Positions 22,701 to 33,377 of a stretch of DNA of 50,917 nucleotides are shown piece by piece. The translations under genes and the position numbers were made by a program. The notes beneath the pieces were generated by a model. The model had not been told where the DNA came from and did not search any database. It worked only from the letters and a program-made list of their open reading frames with translations. The stretch is from Nemertoderma westbladi (Eukaryota > Animalia > Xenacoelomorpha): contig JAUCBJ010006738.1 of assembly GCA_032718475.1 (NCBI GenBank), positions 1 through 50,917 of the forward strand, in the 5' to 3' direction. Each line of letters begins with the position of its first letter. Within the stretch, counting starts at the first letter, position 1.

Positions 22701-23817
22701 TTTCATCAAATTTAGCTTGGTTCGCAGCCAACATTTCCGCATCTATTGCGTCCAGCACAAACTTGGCTCCTTCACTATTAGGACGAAGTCCATCCAGCCT
22801 TCTCCTCAACTCTTCATCCCCTACAAATCGTTGATAGTCTGACAGATAGATGTCAATAGCGTCCCTCTCATGCGGTTTCTCTGCTGTCGCTTCACTTTCC
22901 ACTTGGGAAAATGTAGCGTCTGTTGATTCTCCATGGGTTGAGCGCTCAGCCAACTGAGATTTCCACGGGGCAGTTCCTTGAACTTTGAGACTCACCCGCT
23001 GAAACCAAGTCTTTACGGCAACTTGCAACGACGTGTCTTGTCTTCTTTTCGAAGCCTCCTCAAAGGCCGATAAGATTAGTCTGATTCTTAGAATTCTTTC
23101 TCTAACTTGATAAAGCAGTTCTCCCTGCTCTTGAGGTCCTTGGGGTTGTCGAAACAGTTGTTCCTCTAATCGCTCCATAGAGCTGAAGAATCCCTGTACG
23201 TATCCTGCTGCTGACCTCTTCCACACAGCCGGATTGCTGGTTTCTTTTGTCACTCCCATCCTGTGTATGTCTTCCCATGCAGCTTCCGATAAGTCAAACG
23301 GGAGTCCGGGTCCGGGGAAGTTCCATTGCGACTCGACAATAGACTTCAGTTCTTCCCTTGTGTATCCCGCATAACTATCCTTGGTCGATCGCTTACTTCT
23401 CGCCCAATCAATCTGGTGTTCCTCCACCGCAATCAATACCCTAGTGAGTACGGCTGCAGGAAGGATGAGAAGGGGATCCGAATAAACCGCATCTGCCATC
23501 TTAGCTCCGCGCTCGGGTGTCAGCTCTACAGTATCCGCACTACTGGAGCTGTCAGGCCTCTGAGAAATAAGTTCTCGGCTCGAGTGTTGCTGCTGTTTAA
23601 CAGCTGCTTCTTGGTCCCGCTTGACTTGAGCTCGAGTGCCTATGATAGACCTACGGTGTTGGACTAGCCTAGGATCTGATATTACTACTGGAGGGATGAT
23701 CTTTCTTACAGTAGGAGGTGAATTGAACTTCGGTCTCACACGTTCCACACTCCTGTCTGGGTCACAGATGGTTGTATCTAGGAGACTGTCTGACAGGTTT
23801 TGCTTTGTGTCAGACAT
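19744..23817 (-). CDS. gag: BEL/Pao Gag-aspartic protease polyprotein, 1357 aa
   Basis: DUF1759-type capsid region KFNGDEMKWLPF..LSNGEKLIFLIECLEG..WDTLNIRYG. Three knuckles CVLCDGPHRLSAC, CYNCLRQGHQRRTC, CAKCGAKHHILLH. Protease ALLDSGSTGTFI..ILIG. ATG start and no interruptions. Confidence 0.93.
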   Translation of the reverse strand: MSDTKQNLSDSLLDTTICDPDRSVERVRPKFNSPPTVRKIIPPVVISDPRLVQHRRSIIGTRAQVKRDQEAAVKQQQHSSRELISQRPDSSSSADTVELTPERGAKMADAVYSDPLLILPAAVLTRVLIAVEEHQIDWARSKRSTKDSYAGYTREELKSIVESQWNFPGPGLPFDLSEAAWEDIHRMGVTKETSNPAVWKRSAAGYVQGFFSSMERLEEQLFRQPQGPQEQGELLYQVRERILRIRLILSAFEEASKRRQDTSLQVAVKTWFQRVSLKVQGTAPWKSQLAERSTHGESTDATFSQVESEATAEKPHERDAIDIYLSDYQRFVGDEELRRRLDGLRPNSEGAKFVLDAIDAEMLAANQAKFDESIRIAKAQEEQVKKKRIEDRKTAAAAEAEAERKAAEVERKAAVAAAEAERKAAEAERKAAVAEAERRASEETTQLELENLQERQDNFNKQLTASQMQMMRQSTPKRQGFTSSDEGDTTDPEGGGNRSRLSRRRRMSHRQKLPDLPPAVRRQLTNTDLGSTEPTDQIIKIERLPTIVDDPEIIRPVLEATPSVIETPVLPEPTSKFPLHSTKLPVPHRTTPEIVPVLDSERNINDLSPVVPHLPATMLAAPASAVEWVDEGRRGMNLLLGQMQETVHQFKGTVRESRLELQEVQQSIVLERDKLVNTQRGIPPPPVAMCQSVRSEVFHTQGVEPTRIYTASEVETPIVNPIKGNYKPVDNDIPYRPDHNPRNLYTDNSILNNTMAQECFTRQMARTEARQAVKVGEIVKFNGDEMKWLPFNEYYKDNIQNSVLSNGEKLIFLIECLEGSPKLMALKFIGHPDGLRQVWDTLNIRYGNRTNIARYLYAKLMTPRKFLSSGIIEFSDEIQEICRQLDWLGKSHEYQNSMVVGALASTLPKGGVGTRCDKKVLYMMEQQQRDPTMADLMSFLDGEVKLQLLKQSREKTLENKVSEKPVSMRKVIPVCYTDDGESQASQEEDSGKDTERSYYDNKAPKDVNKFKSRTNDRREQVRKTPPTSPKRIHVRKPEERTSVHNVTQSKVSNIKPKCVLCDGPHRLSACDEFLKKSLKDRREVMWDKRLCYNCLRQGHQRRTCYSDARCAKCGAKHHILLHTEFERNSPSQVSESELHVQFSDVNDTDQSSEMEGFYTDEFSDENESCYLINTTVYRALTYEKDTDSELPLTTSDRQPSWKAPTSNVGIREFPVVQLRVHGPERSYIVNALLDSGSTGTFIDKELAEDIFAGQPKFRTKLNMSGIMQVWKSTVIADYYVGALSTPQDELGEHSIRSVKMEAIKNFATSQVEPYNWDEDDFTQQLKIPRFNTDYPGVQILIGQNAHEALETLEKRPQ

Positions 23818-23956
23818 GTTTGTTTGTACAGTTGAATGCCTACTGCTATATTACAGTTAAAGCAAGTCTAGTAATTCAGTATCAACTGTTAGCCTAGTAA
23901 TTAGTTACCGATACTGCTACTCAGTGTAGCGTGATATATATATATATAATATATTA

Positions 23957-24326
23957 GAATACCGGTATGCTTATAGTATATATAAGTATTATTATGGACT
24001 AGAATTAATTACAGAATACCGGTATATAATTTCAGCACAAATATATAGAAATATATAATAGGCTTATCGTGAATACCGGTATACAGCTTACACTTATAGT
24101 ATATACAAGTATAATTATAGACTAGAATTAATTACAGAATACCAGTATATAATTTCAGCACAAATATATAGAAATATATAATAGGCCTATCGCAAATACC
24201 GGTATACAGCTTACACTTATAGTATATAAGTATAATTATAGACTAGAATTAATTACAGAATACTGGTATATAATTTCAGCACAAATATATAGAAATATAT
24301 AATAGGCTTATCGTGAATACCGGTAT
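23957..24326. repeat. ~122 bp tandem repeat x3 in the element 5' leader
   Basis: AGAATTAATTACAGAATAC at ~24001, ~24124 and ~24245. Confidence 0.9.
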
Positions 24327-25279
24327 GTCAATTATTTTAGAATAATTGAATTTCTGAATTTTAGGGGTTACTTGTTTACTTTACTTTACTTGATTACCGT
24401 TATTTAAGCAGTAGTCCAACTGACATTAAGACCTAATTTATGTATGACAGGCCTACTATTTTATAAATCGGTTTGAGTTGATTTATAATATATGTGTACC
24501 CGTTTAATGGGTTTTGTCAATATTTGAAATAAATGTTATTATTTCTGGGAAAGAGTCACCGCACAGAAGCTGTACGCTCTCAGTGAAGTGCTACTTGTTG
24601 GACACTAAAACAAATAATTCTAATTTGCCTAAGTTACTTAACACTACAAATTACATACAATTCGGGGTGAGATTACAATCTCTAAACAAACACAAAAATT
24701 TAAGCGTACGAATTTTTTAGGGTAATTTTACAAGAAGTCTACAAACCAGCCTAACAAAGGGTTAGAATATCTGGTTATTACAAACAGACAGGATACTACG
24801 GTATTTGAAAATAACAAAGCAGTAGTAAATATACTGCGTTGTCCAGATAGGAAAAATACCACCGTCTGACGACTTATAGCCGTATCGCTATAAGTACTAC
24901 GTTATGTATCACGGAGTGTTCCTACCTAGAAGTTAATTACCGCGGTCTACCAGAACCAACGTGCCTATTAACCACTTTACAACACAAATATACTGCCTAC
25001 ACACTAATTACCTTCGGAAAGTATTGTACACTAAACCCTAAATTAGGTACAAGTACTTATACAACAAATAATCAGCAGTTAGAAATACTTGTACAGCTAA
25101 AGGAACCACGGTATCTGCTGGAGTGACCGGGGCACAAAATCACCAGTCTTTACCTACGCCAAGCAGCCCTGATGTAGTACCGGGGTTAAGTTAACTATAA
25201 CGGTATGTATAACAAGCACAATTACTGTAGGAATAAACTTGGGGTTGTGAATGTTGCAAATAATCGCATAAACTCTGAA

Positions 25280-25856
25280 TAATAAATATTACGCTACGCG
25301 TACAGACTACTCAAACAAAATCCAGACCAAACGCTGGCAGACTACTATCAAGCCCAAACAAACTACAGTATATGCAGACTCCGAAATGGTTAGTTAGTAT
25401 GCGTTCTAACCGAGTAGTACGACTTATTCTTTCAGGGGGATTTACCTTACAGCGCTGGAAGCCCCTACGTTCCTAACTAGTACTTTATCGGACATACACT
25501 CTACACACACCGCAATCTCTTCAGACCTAACAACAGCTAGGCAACAATCCAGCCTACAAATTATCTAAATAAGAAATATTATGCTACCCGTACAGACTAC
25601 ACAAACAAAATACAGACCAAACGCTGGCAGACTACTATCAAGCCTAAACAAACTACAGTATATGCAGACTCCGAAATGGTTAGTTAGTATGCGTTCTAAC
25701 CGAGTAGTACGACTTATTCTTTCAGGGGGATTTACCTCACAGCACTGGAAGCCCCTACGTTCCTAACTAGTACTTTATCGGACATACACTCTACACACAC
25801 CGCAATCTCTTCAGACCCAACAACAGTCAGACAACAGTCCAGCCTACAAATTATCT
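25280..25856. repeat. 290 bp tandem repeat x2 in the element 5' leader
   Basis: AyGCTAC.CGTACAGACTAC at 25291 and 25581. Both units end AGCCTACAAATTATCT. Confidence 0.9.
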
Positions 25857-26136
25857 GTACAATCTGAGCAGGCTTACACGTCTTCTGCTCAATATTAACT
25901 TACAGATAAATAAAACTGACAGAAATAAATAAGCTCCAAAAGAAACAAGGGGTGTACAGTCCCTAATCTCTTAAACAGCCTACCGGTATACAATATCACA
26001 ATCGAAATAATACTGGTGTACCTGTACTGCTGTAAGTACCGGTTCGGGTGGTTAGGTAGTTAGGCCTACTGGGTACCGGACGACCGGTACTTCAGCTTTA
26101 TTGCCTACGTTGCAATACAGAAGCAATAACCGTTAT

Positions 26137-27335
26137 TGCTCGCGCTTTCAGACCTTTAGCAGTTTAACCTGCCAAATTTAGATGTCTTCTAGATTATAAA
26201 TCGACTTTAGCATATGACGAGTATTTGATACACTACATTAGCCGAAGCCAGTCTATGCGCGACCATTCACCCGCTGGATATACCCGGGAGACTGGATTCG
26301 GAAGCTTTGACCTTATTGCGGTGTAGGCCTACTGTATTATTCGACTGATCGTTAATATATAATTTCTGACAAATATTATTCACTTTCGGGAAATATCAAC
26401 AGTTCCTTTAGGACGTGGCGCTCTAAATATGTAAACAGAGTTATGACTTACACTAGACACAACGGGATGGCTATGGATTCACGTATAAAGCGCATTCTTT
26501 AGGAGATGCTTTGTTATCAGTCACAATCATGCACACTACCGCACAATGCTGCACACCGATCTGCCGACCTTCACTAATTTTAGTCACATATAAAGAGAAC
26601 AACAACCGACACATGTAGTGCCTATGAAATAGCATTAGATTCACTCCTAAACCACTTTAATGTAAGTCGCAATTGCTATATGTAACCGGTCTCTTACCTT
26701 CAGTATATCAAGAAGATTGGGGGTTTTATGATTATTTATCGATATTATCCAAATATAATAATATTCCATCAACTGATATAATTAATAGCCGACAGTAGAT
26801 AGCAGTAAAAATGCGGTGTTTGTAGATGACAATATGTTTTGGTTTGAGTTGACATGCAGTGTGGTTTGATTTGATTTGATAACGGTTATACGTTTCTATG
26901 ACCAAAGCACACTAATGTTTTGCTAAAGTCTGAAACTTCCACAGAAGTACAGAAGCATCCTAAGCCGGTGTTCAGGGCTTAGAAAGATACACACACACTG
27001 ACTGAATTGCATGAGTTTCTGTATACAATCTCCAACACAGAGTGAAAACTGCTCTGATTGGTCGACCGAACAAAGAACGAACAAAGAACAAAGAAAAAGT
27101 TACACGTGGACACAGCTGATAGATGTCGTCATCGGAGTTCCGGTGTTTAGAGTATTTGGCTTATTGCGACATAAAATCGCTAGTTATGTCCGCTAAAGTA
27201 CACATACAGAAGAAATGGCTTTTTATGTCCACTAAAACACCGGTACAGTAAGGAAACGGCTTTTTATGTCCGTTAAAACAACTACAGAGTACTTTGCGGG
27301 GAAAATAACCAGCTAATTCCGCAAAAGCCTTTACA
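26137..27335 (-). repeat. 5' LTR
   Basis: TGCTCGCGCTTTCAG...GCCTTTACA followed by TSD TCAGG. The minus strand has a CCAAT near 27057-27061 and a TCAGT initiator-like motif near 27001-27005. Confidence 0.97.
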
Positions 27336-27691
27336 TCAGGTGACAGAAGATATAATGACATAAATACTACTGTATATCCATGGCATGGCTGTTGTGTAGG
27401 CTTATATCTGAAATAGTTTATTCCGCAATATATTTGTCTGGTTATTTTTTAATTGAATTTTTGCAAAGTAGTAAAATTAATGTTCTTAAAAATAATATTA
27501 TTATTTTATATGTAACCTAAGAAATTAGCTACATTTTTTCGCTGCAGCTTTAAGAGTGTACATTGATTTAATATTATTTCAATACCCATATTACTACATC
27601 GGCATACGATGCGTTGGCGTTGTATCACACATCTCCACATAGATGTATCAGCAGTTACTCGCACAGTTTCGAAACTTCGCATAGTTATAAC

Positions 27692-28290
27692 TGTATAAAG
27701 ATCGTCAGTCTTGGTTTAGGAAAAATATTTTAATGCAAAACAGGACGAGCGACGAGCGCAACGAGGTATGTAATGAAGACGAGTACTGCGTATACTTTAT
27801 TCCTATAAACCATACCTGGCTTCGCCTTTTGAAGGCATCGGTAGTTATAAAGTACTGGAGGGTGGGTGGGGGGGGGGGGGGGGGTGCAGATTAAAAGGGG
27901 TGAACACGTACGGGTCCCCTTTCTTTGATTGATTGGTGGTGTGGGTAAATTTCTCCAAACCTGATTTTGTGATACAGTCGCTCAATTTTAATCTGTATCT
28001 GATAACTGAGCCTCGTCCTGCGCGATGGCCCCACGAACGTGTTTTATCTGCCTTTCATTAATCCTTTCTGCTCCTTTGCGGTTGGGGTGGTGCAGATTTA
28101 AGAAGGCGGTTGAAGCAAGGGGGGAACTTTCCTCCCTTCTTTGATTTATTCTTATTGGCGTTTTGGTTAAATTTTCTTAATTATTTATTAAAATTTCTTA
28201 AGTACCGATTTTGGGATAGAATTTCTCAATTTTAATCTGTATCTAATAACTGAGCCTCGTCCTGCGCGATGCCTCCACGAACGTGTATTG
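27692..28290. repeat. Dispersed repeat homologous to 10516-11070, with its distal ~200 bp present twice
   Basis: Shares the blocks listed for 10516-11070. TCAATTTTAATCTGTATCT..ATAACTGAGCCTCGTCCTGCGCGATG occurs at ~27982 and ~28224. Confidence 0.8.
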
Positions 28291-28649
28291 AACAGCACAT
28301 GCATCACTTATCTGCTTATGCCCACAGTTGTCTTTCTGAATGAAATTTCTCTTATTTTACTCTATTTTGTTTCACTTTGTCATTGTACAATGTGAGACAG
28401 GGGGGGGGGGGGGGAGTATAGTAGAGAGAATATAGAATATGTAGAAAATATATTCATTATTGAATAGAAAATGAAGGTTATAATAAGTATTGAGTAGTCA
28501 TTACTGTTGGCGTTAATACCGTTGTCGTTACTGTCATACATTGTTGTATAAAGACCGGACTGTGGTACTATTGTACTGTGTTGTTTATATATGAATAACA
28601 TACTAGTATGATTAAAGAAGCACTGCATTGTTGCCCTAGCTACGTACGG

Positions 28650-28930
28650 GATAAACAAAATGTTCCAGAATATGATGTATTCATTAAATAGAATAGGAAG
28701 CAATAATATTTGCAACATTCGAATGGCCATATCTCAGCTATGACCCAACCAAATTTAAACATTTCTGGAATCTTTTCACGGTCAGCTTTCTATTTGTACC
28801 AACAAATCACTCACGATAAGATGCAAGAATAACTGCAGTGTAACTGGTGAAATATCACCGGGCGGAGACACCTTTTTCAAACGCTTGTACTGTAGATATA
28901 GATTCGAAATAAAAAATAAAAATTCTGGCT
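28650..28930. repeat. Dispersed repeat (likely a DNA-transposon relic) homologous to ~50337-50620
   Basis: Both sites share AAACAAAAT.TTCCAGAA..GTATT.ATTAAATAGAATA, ATATCTCAGCT, TGGAATC, GACAC.TTTTT.AAACGCTT and AAATAAAAATT. Confidence 0.65.
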
Positions 28931-30739
28931 CACCCACGGAGGAGGAGGGAGGTTAAGCTATTGGTTGGGAGGCTAATGTCATCCCGTAGGCCAAGAGTGA
29001 AGATCACAAATAACCCATGCAGTCATTACAGTTGTCCAAAAACTCATGTTGACAATCGTGAAAGTTAAGCTGGGTACATGTTTCGATGGCAACCAGTATA
29101 TTATTGTGAGATATTGGTATCTAAAACGCCTTAAACGTGATATTACTGAAGTTAACATGTTTTTGAATTATACACTGCATTGGAATACAACAACAGAGAA
29201 AATTTACTCATCGTAGATTTTTCTGTTTCCATGGCAACCGACCTAATATATATTAATTAGCTATAATTCATGCAATGTTTATTGTGCTTAATGCTTATAC
29301 ATAACTCAGTATGCAAAATTTGTATATTTTCATTATTTTTTGACCTACCAGTAACCATAGCAACCATTTTAAATATTGATAAGATACGAATAAATCAATT
29401 TTCTGTTCTTGATATCGTATAATATACTGTAGTGATGTCGCCCAAAATAAATTGATTAATTAATCATCGTTCATTTGTAATTATTCGAGAATAATTCATT
29501 GACTTATTTACATGGCAACGGTGGTAAATACTGTATGTTCACATTCAGTACTTAAGCGTTGAAATATGCAAAAATTAATTAATAATGCTGATAAAAATAA
29601 TTCACCTCAATGTCGAAATTGTTCATTAGTGCATCTACTTTATCACTGAGTTTATAAAGAGTAATAATAAATAAATAATTGTATGACCCATTAATTACAG
29701 TAGGCCCCCTATAGATTTAATCAGTTACATTATTTTCAATGTACTGTATTTACCTTATGTGCACTACAACAATATACTGTATGTAATATGCTACTGTATA
29801 TAAGTAGTTGGTACTTGGTATAAAAAAAAATGTAAGTAATGTAATCATCATGTTAAAGAACATACAAACAAAGATAAATTAGAAACATAAACAAAAAATA
29901 AACGAAACGATGATTAAGAAACAAGTTTACAAAAAAAGCACAATGAATGAAGGATAATATGATTAGTTATGGGACTTAAACAGTCTAAGAATCAATTTTA
30001 ATACAATAATGAAATAAATTAGTTTTACATGATGGTACAGTAACTACAGAACTAGAGAGCTTTATATCAACCTCCCTCGCTGCGCTCGCTCGAAACATAA
30101 ATACACTCGGGTCATAACGCTGCAAAGTGCTACTTTGCACACGTGTGCAAAGTCATTGTACAATCATTGTAGAATGATCGAATGATGCAAATACTGTAGT
30201 TCTTAGGAATCTACCATGCATGCCTGGTCAGCTTTCCTTCCATTATTGGTTTGGTACCGGTATCCGGTACCAATAAATCATCACTAATTGTTATAATATA
30301 AGGATGAATAGTACTGTAGGGTTGCTGCTGTCAAGCTGTGTACAGCTGTACAGGTGTAAGTACAGAAGTAAACTGCATTAAAAACTCAAATTTCGAAGAT
30401 TACAGGATTGGCAGATTGGTGAGGACTATCCATCCAGCTATCCTGCTATATTTCAGTATTTAAGAATTATTAGCCTTTTTATGTGTTTAAGTCTGCAGGT
30501 CTAGGCTGCTAGGTGCTAGGCGAGGCCTACTATTTTTTCATACAGGACAGACAGTCTTACTGTCTGACTGTCTTAGTTACTACCACTCTGCCACTCCCTG
30601 CAGGCTGCAGCCCTGCTTGCATTCAACCCAAAGACCCAACACCGAACAGCCGAAGTAGACAAGTTCTTCTTCTGTATAGAACATCAGAAGTACAGAAGTA
30701 GGACTACTGAAGTACCGGACCGGTCAGCCGGTAAGGGAC

Positions 30740-32461
30740 ATGTCTGGTGAGGTTAATAGGCCTAATGCGGTGACAAACAATCTGACACCGACAATAAATT
30801 TCACTCCTAGCCGGGGCTCGACAATGGACGAGACAGAAAATATCGCTAGCGAGCCGCGCGCTATTCCGGGTACGATAGAAATACCGGAAGATCAATTATC
30901 CGGAAACTCGCGAGGGGGCGTTGATGAGTTCTTTGACGCTGACGTCGATATTACCAGTAGTCCGACCTCGGACGAATATATCATGCCTTCGGAAACGCTG
31001 GCGAACAACCTGGTTTCTTTACCCGCGAACATCACGTTGGAATCGCTCGAAGCGAACGTGGCCACTGACAGTGATTCCTCCGCCGAAGCAAACATTCCGA
31101 GAACCGTGGACGAAGCGCGTCGCATGATGCAAACCCACGATGGGCGAACCTTCCTTGAGGCTATCCTCGCGCGAAACCGAACTGCACTCCCTGCCACCGC
31201 GGTAGTACACAAACACGGTGGCGTCTGGGAAATACTTAAAGATTGCGTGGGCAAGGAATTATCCAAGATTACAATGCCTGTATCTTTCAACGAGCCTTTA
31301 AGTTTGCTGCAACGATTTGCAGAATATATCGAATATGTTTATCTTCTCGAGAAAGCGAATAACACGTCGAATCCGGAGGAGCGGATGAAACTTGTTGTCG
31401 CTTTCGCGGTGAGTTACGCGAGTTCGAATCACCACCGTTCCGGTAAACCCTTCAACCCGCTGCTCGGCGAGACTTACGAGCTACGAGTCCCGGAGTTGGA
31501 CGTGAGTTTCTTGTCGGAGCAGGTCTCGCACCACCCCCCGGTCTCGGCGTTCTGTTGCGAGTCGCCGAGCTACACCTTCCGAGGCACTGTCCGTCCGCGA
31601 CTCGCCTTCTTTATGAGCTCGCAATGCGTGGAGGTGAAACCCGAGGGGGACGTATCGGTCTTCCTACCGCGCTACCAGGAGACTTACACCTGGGAGAACA
31701 TCACGTGCTGCGCGCATAACCTTGTTATCGGGACAATCTGGATCGAACACTACGGGAAACTGTCGGTGCAATGCGCGGAAAGTAAACTCTCATGTCAAGT
31801 CGAGTTTAAACCGAAGAAATGGTTCGGTTGGCGTTGGAAACACAAACTTCAGGGCTTTATATACGACGAATTCGGGCAGAAACTCACCTTTATCTTCGGT
31901 TGTTGGACTTCTTGGCTGCGGTGTCTTCCGATAAAAAGTTACGAGGAGGTTTGCAACGAATCCCCCGGGGGATCGTCGGCCCCGAGTCCCAAGAAAGGTC
32001 GCAAATACGCGGTCCCGAAACGCGGCAACGAGTTGAACAGCAGTTCCTCGGCGAGTCTCGTCGTTACCGGCGAACCGTACGGGGTGTACGCCGCCCACCC
32101 GCAGTGCCAGCTGCTCTGGGAGGCCTACCCCAGACCCTTCAACTCAAAACTCTATTACAATTTCACGAGTTTCGCTTTGGGTTTGAACCAGTCTGTTGAT
32201 TATCCCGTGGCGCCGACGGACTCCCGGTTCCGCCCGGATCTCCAGGCCTTGGAGGCGGGCGAGTTGTCCCGCGCGCGCAACGAGAAACTCCGACTGGAGG
32301 AGAAACAGCGCGCCGCTCGCCGAACCATGGAGGCCGAGGGCCAACAGTGGCAGCCGGTCTGGTTCACACTCACCACCAATAACTCCACTGGCAAACCCGA
32401 TTGGGTCTCGAACAATAAGTATTGGAGTCGAGTCTATTCTAGTTGCCCTAATATATATTAA
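30740..32461 (+). CDS. Oxysterol-binding protein-related protein, short ORP1/ORP2 (OSBPL1/OSBPL2)-type: FFAT motif plus OSBP domain
   Basis: 573 aa uninterrupted ORF. FFAT-like DEFFDA; WEILKDCVGKELSKITMPVSFNEPLSLLQR; KPFNPLLGETYE; OSBP signature EQVSHHPP; APTDSRFRPD; EKLRLEEKQR. AATAAA at 33053. Confidence 0.95.
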   Translation: MSGEVNRPNAVTNNLTPTINFTPSRGSTMDETENIASEPRAIPGTIEIPEDQLSGNSRGGVDEFFDADVDITSSPTSDEYIMPSETLANNLVSLPANITLESLEANVATDSDSSAEANIPRTVDEARRMMQTHDGRTFLEAILARNRTALPATAVVHKHGGVWEILKDCVGKELSKITMPVSFNEPLSLLQRFAEYIEYVYLLEKANNTSNPEERMKLVVAFAVSYASSNHHRSGKPFNPLLGETYELRVPELDVSFLSEQVSHHPPVSAFCCESPSYTFRGTVRPRLAFFMSSQCVEVKPEGDVSVFLPRYQETYTWENITCCAHNLVIGTIWIEHYGKLSVQCAESKLSCQVEFKPKKWFGWRWKHKLQGFIYDEFGQKLTFIFGCWTSWLRCLPIKSYEEVCNESPGGSSAPSPKKGRKYAVPKRGNELNSSSSASLVVTGEPYGVYAAHPQCQLLWEAYPRPFNSKLYYNFTSFALGLNQSVDYPVAPTDSRFRPDLQALEAGELSRARNEKLRLEEKQRAARRTMEAEGQQWQPVWFTLTTNNSTGKPDWVSNNKYWSRVYSSCPNIY

Positions 32462-33377
32462 ATCCACTGATTTCTGTAGATTATTATTTTACGATATAGA
32501 TTCACTTCGCTCGCTGCAATACATTTATTCCCTTATCTGGTTATTGGAAGTTGGGTAAAGTTTTCTTTCGGACCGCGAAGTATATTTGGCTAACCCTGTC
32601 GCGATTTATCTACAATAATATGGTGTTGGGTGACATCACTGGCATTTTTTATCCGCGTTTCATATATTAATTACATTATTAACTGGTTACGATAGTTAGT
32701 ACTCCATCCATGGGTCCTGATTGTTACTTGAGTTGGTATAGCAGCTGTAGTAATTACTTAACAGACGTTGTCTCCGGTTAGGTATATGTTGTGTTGCACT
32801 TCTTGCCTTAACTCCCCGCCCCACTGACCCACCCCGTCCTCAACAAAACAGTTTGCTCCTCATCTTATTGTCTTAAGAAATTGAGATTTTTACATATCTT
32901 TTTATTTTGCGATGGTGACTTAAACTGTTGGGCCGGTTGTTGTTAGTTGGAGTTGTTACTTAAAACTGAAAGTAAATATTTTATATTTATAAAGTTTATA
33001 TTTCTGTTTATTTTCTGTTTATATTTTATGGGCCGATTCGGTCTTTACTTGGAATAAAGTGCCAATTAATTAAGCCCCCCCGGCCCCCCTCACGCTCCCC
33101 CTGGAATGGTTGTACAGTAAATATACATTGGATAATGTATATTTATTATTAATATATATACCATTTTTTCCTCCAATGTGAAAATAAATAGCCACTTAGC
33201 GATGACATGTTTATTCGTATTTAATCTTATTACGTCAAATATTTAGTCTTAATTAACTTTTTTATTGTCATATTCACTCTACAAAATAAACACCTGACCA
33301 ACCCCCCCCCCCCCCCCCCCACCCCCCTCTCCTCCTCCCCGCTAGGTGCGGTACTTACAGTACCGGTACAAACGATT

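Larger units (their letters stand above)
11716..27335 (-). mobile_element. Full-length non-autonomous BEL/Pao LTR retrotransposon, 15620 bp
   Basis: Two 1199 bp direct repeats with TG..CA ends, offset 14421 bp. 5 bp TSD TCAGG at 11711-11715 and 27336-27340. BEL-type Gag with three knuckles, aspartic protease, and BEL pol remnants. Confidence 0.97.

Noticed and set aside
620-23860. Short plus-strand ORFs antisense to the retrotransposon genes and ORFs inside the LTRs
   Set aside because: Shadows of minus-strand coding or low-complexity sequence. They recur only because the DNA is duplicated.
30892-32558. Short alternative-frame and antisense ORFs overlapping the OSBP CDS
   Set aside because: Expected by-products of a GC-rich coding region, with no recognisable motifs.
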